Assembly: GCA_014802435.1 (NCBI GenBank)
Contig: JAAVCG010000032.1
Coordinates: 65,839-129,838, forward strand
Length of the DNA stretch: 64,000 bases
Source: Bacteroides sp.
Lineage (GTDB): Bacteria > Bacteroidota > Bacteroidia > Bacteroidales > Muribaculaceae
Reading direction: 5' to 3'
Positions 8,361 through 16,504 of the stretch are shown here, piece by piece (within the stretch, counting starts at the first letter, position 1; the number at the start of each line of letters is the position of its first letter). The translations under genes and the position numbers were made by a program. Below the pieces are notes generated by a model. That model was not told the origin of the DNA. It did no database searches and saw only the letters and a program-made list of their open reading frames with translations.

Positions 8361-9932
8361 TTGAATTGCTATGAATGCGATATGTACTCATTTATTACCC
8401 TTATTCTTTCTAATATAGGTGTTAAGTTTTCACATCAGACTCTTAAACACTTATTTGAAACTCGTTTCTTTGATAATAGTTTGTATTCAATTGCTCAAAT
8501 TCTTTCAAAGTACAATGTCGCCTCAGTCGGAGTACGATTTAGTAAAGAATCAGTTGTTGAAGATGAGTATTGTCCATTCGTAGCTCAAATCGGAGGTTTG
8601 TGGACTTTGGTAACACGCGTGTCTAATGATTCGGTGTTCTACTATGATGCCATACATCCGGCAAAAGAGAATAAAATCTCCAAAGATATCTTTATCGGTC
8701 AGAGTAATGGAAAGGCATTATTAGTCTTGCCTGATAGGTATTCAGGTGAGCTGAATTATGTACATAATCATCTTTGTATTATTAAAGACAGAATAAAGAA
8801 AATTGTCATTTTCAGCATGGGAATTATTTTGGTTTCTTTGGGACTGTTAAAGAATCCGTTGACTGTTAAATGGTCGTATTATGCTCTTCTGGCTCTTAAT
8901 ATTCTTGGATTAGTAATTTGCTTTTTATTATTACAAAAGCAATTGAATATTTCTAATAGATTTACGGATAAATTATGTTCGTTTATTAACGATAATCATT
9001 GTGATTCGGTTACTGATTCTGCCGCTGCCTCGGTTTTGGGGATGGTTAAGTTGAGTGAGATTGGCTTCGGATTTTTTACTGTCAACTTGGTAGTCCTATT
9101 ATTTGTTCCTCAAGTTATTCCTTGGCTCGCAGTATTTTCTGTATGTGTGTTGCCTTTCTCGTTTTGGAGTATCTGGTATCAACGATATCGTGTAAAAAGT
9201 TGGTGTACTTTATGTCTGATTGTGTTAGCCGTAATGTGGATTCAATCCTGTTGTTATTTTGTCGCAGGATTTCTTTCTCAATTAGCAAGCGAATCATTAA
9301 TTGATGGTATCAATTGTTTTGTTGGGTATGTATTTGTTGTGCTGATGATTAATTATTGTATGCAAGTAATTGAGAAATCAAAAAATGCTGATTATTGGAA
9401 GCAGAGGTATGAAAGTATTAAGTCTGTTCCGACTGTCATAGACGCATTTATGGGGCTGGAGAATGGTTATGATATATCGCCGAATGTTTGTTCTGCAATG
9501 ATTTTCGGAGACCCGGATGCTGAACGTACGATTACTGTATTCAGTAACCCATATTGTGGGCCATGTGGGCAATTGCACAATATAATTAAGGATTTCCCTG
9601 GTGGATGTGTAAAGATTCAATATGTTATGACTTATTTTAGTGAAGATAAATCAGCCGTGAATAAGGCTATTATTGCAGCATATAGTCAACTCGGATGGGA
9701 AAAGACTTGGGAGATAATGACTGAATGGTATAAGTCAGACAAGAAGGATGGTGTAAAATTTTTTGAACGATTTGGTCTCAATATGGATAGGTCTGATATT
9801 GAAAAAGAGTTTAAGAAGCAGAAAGAATGGCCTATGGGGAAGAATTTTAGAGGAACCCCTACTATCCTTGTTAACGGAAGAGAACTTCAAGGTCCGTATA
9901 CGATTGAAGATTATTTTTATTTACCGAGATGA
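8361..9932 (+). CDS. Tri-domain fusion: C39-peptidase-like domain (probably non-catalytic) + VKOR membrane oxidoreductase + thioredoxin/DsbA-like domain
   Basis: It has VKOR loop cysteines CSFINDNHC (residues 206 and 214). The CXXC motif WCTLC (282-285) sits at the start of a transmembrane helix. A thioredoxin YCGPC motif (399-402) and a cis-Pro loop RGTPT are present. The N-terminal ~135 aa are C39-like (LYSIAQILSKYN.., YYDAIHP). The start is ambiguous between TTG 8361 and ATG 8382. Confidence 0.85.
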   Translation: MNCYECDMYSFITLILSNIGVKFSHQTLKHLFETRFFDNSLYSIAQILSKYNVASVGVRFSKESVVEDEYCPFVAQIGGLWTLVTRVSNDSVFYYDAIHPAKENKISKDIFIGQSNGKALLVLPDRYSGELNYVHNHLCIIKDRIKKIVIFSMGIILVSLGLLKNPLTVKWSYYALLALNILGLVICFLLLQKQLNISNRFTDKLCSFINDNHCDSVTDSAAASVLGMVKLSEIGFGFFTVNLVVLLFVPQVIPWLAVFSVCVLPFSFWSIWYQRYRVKSWCTLCLIVLAVMWIQSCCYFVAGFLSQLASESLIDGINCFVGYVFVVLMINYCMQVIEKSKNADYWKQRYESIKSVPTVIDAFMGLENGYDISPNVCSAMIFGDPDAERTITVFSNPYCGPCGQLHNIIKDFPGGCVKIQYVMTYFSEDKSAVNKAIIAAYSQLGWEKTWEIMTEWYKSDKKDGVKFFERFGLNMDRSDIEKEFKKQKEWPMGKNFRGTPTILVNGRELQGPYTIEDYFYLPR

Positions 9933-10600
9933 GTCTCCGAATACGACAAAGAAACTTAATAAACAAACTAGTCTTTCACGCCCTGGATTCACCTTATGCT
10001 TTGGGACTTTTTCATGGGCAAATGGGGATTTTAATTGTTGTTGCTCATTGTAGTAAGCAGTGGGGCTTATCTGAATTAGAGTGTGTTGCAGATTTTTTGT
10101 TTGAGCATATTCGGTTGAACACTAGAAGGGTTGATAAGATTGGATTATCTACGGGCTTGTCGGGTATATGTTGGGGTGTAGAGTACTTGGTTCAGCATGG
10201 TATAATGCCAGGACCGGCAGATGATATTTGTGAGGAAGTGGATGGTAAAATTATGCAGACAGACGTGAGACGCATTGACGATTTTAGTTTAGCAACGGGG
10301 TTAAATGGACTATGGCTTTATGTTAAGGCTCGTATTCAGGGAAATTTGGTTGCGGGATTGCCTTTGCCGTTTGATTTTGTGTATCTAAATGATTGGCAGA
10401 ATGTTTTGACGCAGAATAAGGAACATTTTCCGGTAGATGCTGCGCAGTGGCTCATGGATGCCCGAAAAGGGAGAATTACACCATATGAGCTTAGGTTGCC
10501 CCCGTTTATTCGTCCCATGAGGTGTTGCCCTCAGACCGATTTATCATTGTCGGAAGGTCTTGCCGGATATATTGCATTTCATTATCTGCACGAAATATGA
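9929..10600 (+). CDS. LanC-like helical-repeat protein (about half the length of LanC, no zinc ligands)
   Basis: ATGA overlap with the upstream gene. Four repeats spaced ~48-85 aa apart: GLFHGQMGI, GLSTGLSGICWG, SLATGLNGLW and SLSEGLAGYI. Confidence 0.65.
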   Translation: MSLRIRQRNLINKLVFHALDSPYALGLFHGQMGILIVVAHCSKQWGLSELECVADFLFEHIRLNTRRVDKIGLSTGLSGICWGVEYLVQHGIMPGPADDICEEVDGKIMQTDVRRIDDFSLATGLNGLWLYVKARIQGNLVAGLPLPFDFVYLNDWQNVLTQNKEHFPVDAAQWLMDARKGRITPYELRLPPFIRPMRCCPQTDLSLSEGLAGYIAFHYLHEI

Positions 10601-11823
10601 AACACGTTATTTTTGTTGATGAATATAATAGTTCAATTCAAAACGGTATAGGAACTTTTCGAGATCAGTTGCTTCCTCGTTTAGGTACTTCTTCCGGAAT
10701 TAAGACAACACTGATTTCTCTTAACTCAATGGAATCAGATGTGAAGCGAAGGAAGACTTTGTTTGGAAATGAGCTTAGAATACCTATGGTTAATTCCGGC
10801 AATTGGCGCGGTATTGGAGGGCTAATCTGTCCTGTTCGGAGGACTTATATTCCAGATAGAGATTGGAATGTCTTTATACTGAATCATTCACCTTGTTCAA
10901 ATTTCATTAAGTCGCTTCGGGAGTCATTTCCAAAATCAAAAATTATTTTTGTTATTCATGATCAAGGATGGTGTGCTCCACTGTTGGGAAGCGTCAGTCT
11001 TTTGAAAGATATTCTCTTGAAAAAAATTATTCCTAAAGGGTTTTCGCGTGAGGTTATTAGTCACGTTGTTGAATCCTATAAGGAGGAAGTAGAGATTTAT
11101 TCGAATGTTGATTACATAGTATGCATATCTCGCTCAACTTTTAAGATAGTAGCAGAGGTATATGGCATTAATGAGGCAAAATTACGCCTGATACCTAATG
11201 GATTGGACGCCGATGGATTGTCATTGGAAAATAAGTTGGCTATCCGAAAGAGTCTTGGAATAATGTCACATGAGAAATTAATCATATTCTCCGGGCGTCC
11301 GGCCCGTTATAAAGGGATTGAGCCCATGTTAATAGCTTTTGAGCGTTTACAGAATACAATTCCTGATATAAGGCTCGTTATTTGTGGGAGTTTGGACGGA
11401 TTTGGTAAGTTTAGCCGATTACTTGAGCCCATAGCGTCTCGTGTAACATTTACGGGATTGTTGTCTCAAGAAAAATTGGCTGAATGGTATAAAGCATCTG
11501 ATGTCGGGCTTTTGCCTTCTTATAGCGAACAATTTGGTTATTCTGCCTTTGAAATGATAAAGTATGGGCTACCCATAGTCGTATCAGATGGTAATGGTCT
11601 TCGCGATTTGTTTACTGATGGGGTTAATGCTTTGGTTGCTCAAATTGGTAATGTGATTGATTCAAGTGGTTTTGTCAAGTCTTTAACTCAATCTTTGGAG
11701 ACAGTCTTGACTATGTCTCCTCTACAATTGAGAGGAATCCAAGATGAAGCGAGGGAGCTCTTGACCTATTATTCCACAGAAAATATGGTGCAAAAATATC
11801 TACAAGTTATAAGAGAGAAATAG
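10597..11823 (+). CDS. Glycosyltransferase family 4 (GT-B, Glycos_transf_1-type)
   Basis: ATG at 10597 overlaps the upstream stop (ATGA). The C-terminal half reads FSGRPARYKGIEP...LLPSYSEQFGYSAFEMIKYGLPIVVSDGNG, with the E-x7-E region typical of GT4. Confidence 0.85.
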   Translation: MKHVIFVDEYNSSIQNGIGTFRDQLLPRLGTSSGIKTTLISLNSMESDVKRRKTLFGNELRIPMVNSGNWRGIGGLICPVRRTYIPDRDWNVFILNHSPCSNFIKSLRESFPKSKIIFVIHDQGWCAPLLGSVSLLKDILLKKIIPKGFSREVISHVVESYKEEVEIYSNVDYIVCISRSTFKIVAEVYGINEAKLRLIPNGLDADGLSLENKLAIRKSLGIMSHEKLIIFSGRPARYKGIEPMLIAFERLQNTIPDIRLVICGSLDGFGKFSRLLEPIASRVTFTGLLSQEKLAEWYKASDVGLLPSYSEQFGYSAFEMIKYGLPIVVSDGNGLRDLFTDGVNALVAQIGNVIDSSGFVKSLTQSLETVLTMSPLQLRGIQDEARELLTYYSTENMVQKYLQVIREK

Positions 11824-11826
11824 TAA

Positions 11827-11859
11827 AGAAAGAGTCCGACGCTGAGCCGGACTCTTTCT
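11827..11859. terminator. Hairpin between convergent GT4 and GH31 genes
   Basis: agaaagagtccg / cggactctttct form a perfect 12-bp stem with a 9-nt loop. Confidence 0.6.
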
Positions 11860-11877
11860 GATTATTTGGCCTTTTGG

Positions 11878-14800
11878 TTATTTGGTTTGGAGGAGCTTGT
11901 TGACCAGGATGGGGCCTTGCATCGTCGGGGCGGAGGTGCGGGCCTTGACGCGGAAGCGGATGGTCAGCAGCGCGCCGGAGCCGTTGACGTCAGGTTTGTC
12001 GCCAATGGTGACAAACGTCGGGTAGAGGACCTTGTCGCCTGAGGTGTGGAGGCGGTCATAGGTCAGGTTCTCCATGTTGGCGAGCAGTTCTGAGGGCTCG
12101 ATGCCAAGGTATTCAATCACTGCCGGGTCATAAGGAATGGCCAGCGAGAAAGCCGCGAGGGCTTGCAGGTCTTGGCCGCTGAGGGTCAGTACCATCTCTT
12201 CACCGGGAGCATAGCTCTTCTTGGAGGATTCAAGGCTCAAGGTGCCTTCAATCGGCTTGATGTTCCATGGGGATTCGATTCCGCCATCGAGCTTGACGGC
12301 TACGTTGGCAATATCAAAGGCGTCGATGAGGCCGTTGCGGTTCACATCGCCCATGCTGACGTAGTCAAAGTCGCCGTCGCCCATGCGCAGACCCGTATAG
12401 TTGGTGTAAGAGGTCAGGTCATTGGAGTCGATTTTGCCGTCTTTGTTGATGTCGCCGGGAATGAATGAGGGTGAGCCGGGAACCTTGAAGACGAAGAATT
12501 CGCGTCCGGAGCCGAAGTTGCCGACGGCTTTGTCAACGTGAAGGCGGATATAGCGCGCCATCGGTTGCCCCTCAAGGGTGATGACCTTGGTGGAGTTATC
12601 GCGAACCCACTGGAAGGGGATTGCGGGGCTCCAGTCTGAGGCATTTTCTGAGAGTTCGATGGTGCCTTCAAGGAGCGTTCCGTTGCCGGCGTTGGTGCGG
12701 GGAAGATATTCCAGACGGTCAAGGGTATTAAATGAGCCGAGGTCCATGACGATGTCCAGCGGCAGGGCGTCTTCGCCATACTTGGTGTGCCAGAGTTCGC
12801 GGTCGTCATGGTCAAAGAGGCGGCTGATGCGTGCGCCTCCCTGGTCAGGGGCTGAGGATGTGGCCGTGATGCCGCTGATGGCAAATTCAAGGGGATTATC
12901 GGCCGTGGTGACGTTGATGGTGGTCCAATCGGAGGCGCCGGCGGGGTTGAGGGCGCGGAGTTTGAACTCATAGGCCGTCTTGGGCTGGAGGTCCTCAATG
13001 AGGAGGGTATTGAAGCCTTCGGCGGTGCCTAAGTTGGTGTATAGCATGCCGTTGAAGAGCATTTCCAGTGATGAGGCATCATTCATCGGGGCCCAGCGCA
13101 GATTGACGGCATATGGCTGAATATCAGCCTCATCGAGTTCCACTTGAGGAGCTTCCGGAGCCGTCAGCGCGAGGCTCGCGGGCATGGCGGCTTGCGGATT
13201 CAGCTCAAAGCCCTTGACTACGCAGCCAACGGCAGTTTCCGTCACTGTCACGGTCGGGAGCTTCACCAGGAGCTGAGGAATGGACGAGGCGGCCTCGTCG
13301 ATGCCCCATTGACCCAGGCGGTTAGCTGAATCGTCAATCATCCATGCGGCATCGTTGGCCTCAAATTCGCTGCGAGTGGAAGCATGGGTGAGCTTCAGCT
13401 TCTTGCCGCCAAGGAGGCCGTAAACTTCCTTGGGTTCAGAGGTGATATTGATGCGCAGTTCGGTTGATTTCTTGTCGGTCATCCCCTGGAATGAACCGAT
13501 AGTGGGGTCAATGGTAACGGTCAGGACGCCCTTATCGGAGAGGTCTGAGGTGATTTTGGTCGTTGCATATTGGCCGAGGCGATAGGCTTCAGTGGTGCCG
13601 TCATCGTCATATTCGGTGATTTCAGACTTGCCCGCGGGCCAGAGCTCATAGATGCGCTCCCAGGATTTGATCTGACTCGGGTTATTGTTCGGATTAACCA
13701 TCGGAATGATGGCGCCGGCCTTGACAAACACCGGGAGCTTCCATAGCGGAGCGTCGAAATTATTCAGGATAATGTCGGCCTCCGGATTGCCATAAGCAAG
13801 GCCGCTGAAATAGTCAAACCATTGTCCGGCGGGAAGATAGATGTTATGGCGCACGTCGTTGCCGGCCTCATCGGAGCGAGTGGGCTGATAAATCGGCGCA
13901 ACGAGCATCGACGGGCCGTAGAGGAACTGATAGCGTGAAGCCGTCCCGTGAGTGTAATCATTAGGATAGTCCAGGAACATGGCGCGAATCATCGGCTGTC
14001 CGTCGATGGCCTCGCGCGCTGCCGTATAGGCATAAGGCATCAGCTCTGACTTGAGCTTGAGGTAGGCGCGGTTAATCCTTTCGGCGTCTTCGCCAAGCTG
14101 ATGGGGATACTTGGGGTTGGCGCCCCAGCCGTCCATATTGAGCTGCATCGGGGTGAACGTTTTCCATTGATAGTCACGGATATTGACGGGGATGTTGCGG
14201 CCGCCGAAAATGCCGTCCATGTCTGAGCTGATGTTCGGCTGACCGGAAAGGCCCGAGCCGATATACGTCGGGATATGGAAGCGGATGTACTCCCATTCGC
14301 CGCCCGTCTGGTCGCCGGTCCAGATTCCTGCATAGCGCTGAGTTCCGGCCCAGCCGTCGAGCGAGATGATGAACGGACGCGCGTCGTTGCCATAGTAAGG
14401 CATGATTTCGCCTACGTCGGCAACTCCGTTAAGGCCAAAGGAATAGCCTGCGCCAACCCAGGCCACGTCGGTCTTCAGAACCCTGACGCCCGCATCGCGT
14501 ACTTCCTTGACGATGTCGCGCTGAAGCAGCGGCTCAACGCCCTCCCTGGGATGGAGCGCGCTCTGAGTCCAGAGGCCGATTTCAACGCCATGTTGCCGCG
14601 CATAATCGCCATATTGACGCAGATTTTCTATATTGCCGTCAAGGCTCGACGTCTGACCATAGCCTGCGCCATAACCATCATTGGGCAATACCCAGCCCAG
14701 GGGCATATCCTTGGCGTTATAACGGTCAATGACGGCGCGTGCCGAGAATTGATAATTGCCCGGAAGCTCGCCGTTGAGGCTCTCCTTGATGCCGCCGTTA

Positions 14801-15678
14801 TCGGTCTGACTTTCTTTATATTTCTTGCCATCCTCAAAGAGAATGCCGTTTTCATCTTCCTTCCAGTAGTCGCGGTTATAGGCGTTCAGATGCCCCTCAT
14901 AGAAACCAAACTTGGGAAGCAGCACGGGATTGCCCGTAAGCTGATAAAAATCATTCAGCAGGCCGACGGGTGTCTCGTCAACCATGATAAATACGTCGAG
15001 ATAAGGCGCGTTATGGCTCAGTGATACCGTGCCCGGCTCTGAGGCACCGAAATCATAGGCTCCGGGCGCAAACGTGTGCCACATCAGGCCGTAACCGTCA
15101 GTCGACCAGTAGAAAGGAGTCGGTGAGGCCACTCCGCCGTCGGTCCATGAATTGGTGTTGACAATGTCAATCAGCTGCCCTTTATGAGAAAAACGGCCGT
15201 TTTGAACTCCGCCGCCATAGAAATATTCGCCCGGATTCTCGCGAAATTGGAGAGTGGTCTTCTTTCCTTCAATTTTGATGGGCGAAACGGTCTGAGCCAC
15301 TTGCTTTCCCGTCCGGAGGTCAGTAACGGTAAACGTCTCGCCCTCAGCCGGAAAATCGATGCTGATTCGTGAAGTCTCAACTCTTACCGAGCCGTCGGCA
15401 TTGTTCTTGACAATGACTGCTCCTGACTCCTTGCGGGGATTATCAACAAGGATTTGAGCCTCCGGACTCGCCTCCGGATTGCGCGGAAGTCCTCCCTGAG
15501 GGTCTGAAAACAGACGGAATACGTTAGGCCCGTAAAAGTCAATAAGCAAGGGAAGTTTTTCCGCCCCTAAATTAACCTCGACGGAATGAGGATTCAAGCG
15601 CAAGGCCGTCGCGGCCGATAGCCCCAACGGAGCCGCAGCGACGACTGCCGCCAGAATAGAAAATTTTAACTTAATCAT
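11878..15678 (-). CDS. Secreted multidomain glycoside hydrolase family 31 protein with FN3, F5/8 type C (discoidin), dockerin-like and cohesin-like C-terminal modules
   Basis: Signal peptide MIKLKFSILAAVVAAAPLGLSA. GH31-type WTGDQTG and KTDVAW catalytic-region motifs. An FN3-like segment. A discoidin-like segment (..RYIRLHV..). Dockerin repeats GDINKDGKIDSND and GDVNRNGLIDAFD. Confidence 0.8.
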   Translation of the reverse strand: MIKLKFSILAAVVAAAPLGLSAATALRLNPHSVEVNLGAEKLPLLIDFYGPNVFRLFSDPQGGLPRNPEASPEAQILVDNPRKESGAVIVKNNADGSVRVETSRISIDFPAEGETFTVTDLRTGKQVAQTVSPIKIEGKKTTLQFRENPGEYFYGGGVQNGRFSHKGQLIDIVNTNSWTDGGVASPTPFYWSTDGYGLMWHTFAPGAYDFGASEPGTVSLSHNAPYLDVFIMVDETPVGLLNDFYQLTGNPVLLPKFGFYEGHLNAYNRDYWKEDENGILFEDGKKYKESQTDNGGIKESLNGELPGNYQFSARAVIDRYNAKDMPLGWVLPNDGYGAGYGQTSSLDGNIENLRQYGDYARQHGVEIGLWTQSALHPREGVEPLLQRDIVKEVRDAGVRVLKTDVAWVGAGYSFGLNGVADVGEIMPYYGNDARPFIISLDGWAGTQRYAGIWTGDQTGGEWEYIRFHIPTYIGSGLSGQPNISSDMDGIFGGRNIPVNIRDYQWKTFTPMQLNMDGWGANPKYPHQLGEDAERINRAYLKLKSELMPYAYTAAREAIDGQPMIRAMFLDYPNDYTHGTASRYQFLYGPSMLVAPIYQPTRSDEAGNDVRHNIYLPAGQWFDYFSGLAYGNPEADIILNNFDAPLWKLPVFVKAGAIIPMVNPNNNPSQIKSWERIYELWPAGKSEITEYDDDGTTEAYRLGQYATTKITSDLSDKGVLTVTIDPTIGSFQGMTDKKSTELRINITSEPKEVYGLLGGKKLKLTHASTRSEFEANDAAWMIDDSANRLGQWGIDEAASSIPQLLVKLPTVTVTETAVGCVVKGFELNPQAAMPASLALTAPEAPQVELDEADIQPYAVNLRWAPMNDASSLEMLFNGMLYTNLGTAEGFNTLLIEDLQPKTAYEFKLRALNPAGASDWTTINVTTADNPLEFAISGITATSSAPDQGGARISRLFDHDDRELWHTKYGEDALPLDIVMDLGSFNTLDRLEYLPRTNAGNGTLLEGTIELSENASDWSPAIPFQWVRDNSTKVITLEGQPMARYIRLHVDKAVGNFGSGREFFVFKVPGSPSFIPGDINKDGKIDSNDLTSYTNYTGLRMGDGDFDYVSMGDVNRNGLIDAFDIANVAVKLDGGIESPWNIKPIEGTLSLESSKKSYAPGEEMVLTLSGQDLQALAAFSLAIPYDPAVIEYLGIEPSELLANMENLTYDRLHTSGDKVLYPTFVTIGDKPDVNGSGALLTIRFRVKARTSAPTMQGPILVNKLLQTK

Positions 15679-15721
15679 GGTTATCAGATCTCTTACGTTA
15701 ACATGATGAATTTTTCACCCA

Positions 15722-15729
15722 CAAAGTTA
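15722..15729 (-). promoter_or_regulatory. Candidate -7 box (TAACTTTG on the minus strand) for the GH31 gene
   Basis: CAAAGTTA on the plus strand, ~44 nt upstream of the ATG at 15678. Confidence 0.45.
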
Positions 15730-15758
15730 ACCAAAATCCCCGATATTTCCAAATCCGA

Positions 15759-16256
15759 TTATTCTGATTCGTTGGAGAAACCGGGATAGCGGGTGATATT
15801 GATGCCGGTTGAGAGTATGTCATCCTCCTTATTGGAGGCAATATCCAGATAGCTGTGATTATAATAGGGATAATAAACGTCGTCAGGATCGGGATCGGGT
15901 TCGTAATCGATTTTGTCAAGAACGAGTTTAACCCTGTTTGGACTAATCAGTTCAGCTGACCATTGGCCTCTCTCGCAGTAGTAATAAGATGGCGATTCAG
16001 CTTCCTTGTTTGCAATGTAGATATTATTGGCATTTTTGCATTGAAGAATTATTTCGCTCGCCTCGTAGTTTGCGTCAATATAATACATCTTCACGCAGTG
16101 TGGCGGGTCAGGAGAATAATATTCAATTTTGATGTTCTCCGGATTGACGGTGCTTTTGGTGGAGAACCGCAAGTCAGCCTCTTTTTCTATGCAGGAGGAG
16201 AAGGTAAACACCGAGAGAAGCATCACAAATATAATAAGATTTCTCATAACTGACAT
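15759..16256 (-). CDS. Small hypothetical lipoprotein (AT-rich)
   Basis: MSVMRNLIIFVMLLSVFTFSSC lipobox if the start is at 16256. The ORF is open up to 16376, and a CAAAGATA -7 box lies at 16388-16395, so an N-terminally extended membrane-anchored form is possible. Confidence 0.55.
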   Translation of the reverse strand: MSVMRNLIIFVMLLSVFTFSSCIEKEADLRFSTKSTVNPENIKIEYYSPDPPHCVKMYYIDANYEASEIILQCKNANNIYIANKEAESPSYYYCERGQWSAELISPNRVKLVLDKIDYEPDPDPDDVYYPYYNHSYLDIASNKEDDILSTGINITRYPGFSNESE

Positions 16257-16450
16257 TTTATAGTCAGGTTCGCCGGTCTTTTGGTAGTAGTCGTTGTTCA
16301 CCTGCATGTCATGTTCCGGGCAGCCATTGTAGGTATTCAAGTCATCGTAATTCATAGTCATGTAATGATTTGGCAATTAATTTCCGGCAAAGATACATAT
16401 TTATTCCGAGTTATCCAACTCCCCATTAACCATTTATTAGAAAAGATGGA

Positions 16451-16485
16451 AAAAGGCGCGCTCCGGGGTGGGAGCGCGCCTTTTT
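16451..16485. terminator. Bidirectional rho-independent terminator downstream of rpsA
   Basis: aaaaa-GGCGCGCTCC-ggggtg-GGAGCGCGCC-ttttt: a perfect 10-bp GC stem flanked by an A-run and a T-run. Confidence 0.8.
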
Positions 16486-16504
16486 GTGGGATTGGCTGCG
16501 GGGA

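Noticed and set aside
8361-8770. Calling the N-terminal domain of the VKOR fusion an active C39 bacteriocin-processing protease
   Set aside because: The ORF starts at the position of the catalytic Cys, with no upstream oxyanion Gln possible. The strand that normally carries the catalytic His reads GGLWTLVTRV. I therefore treat it as C39-like and non-catalytic until an alignment says otherwise.
3831-10600. Calling the island a lanthipeptide cluster on the basis of the LanC-like repeats
   Set aside because: No LanB/LanM/LanKC/LanL dehydratase is present. Neither helical protein shows the Cys-Cys-His zinc ligands. The proteins are also too short for a full LanC toroid.
12163-15380. Numerous 60-250-aa ORFs on both strands inside the GH31 gene (for example 12414..12998, 14275..15024)
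   Set aside because: They are shadow ORFs of a long GC-rich gene, with Pro/Ser/Thr/Arg-rich translations lacking motifs.
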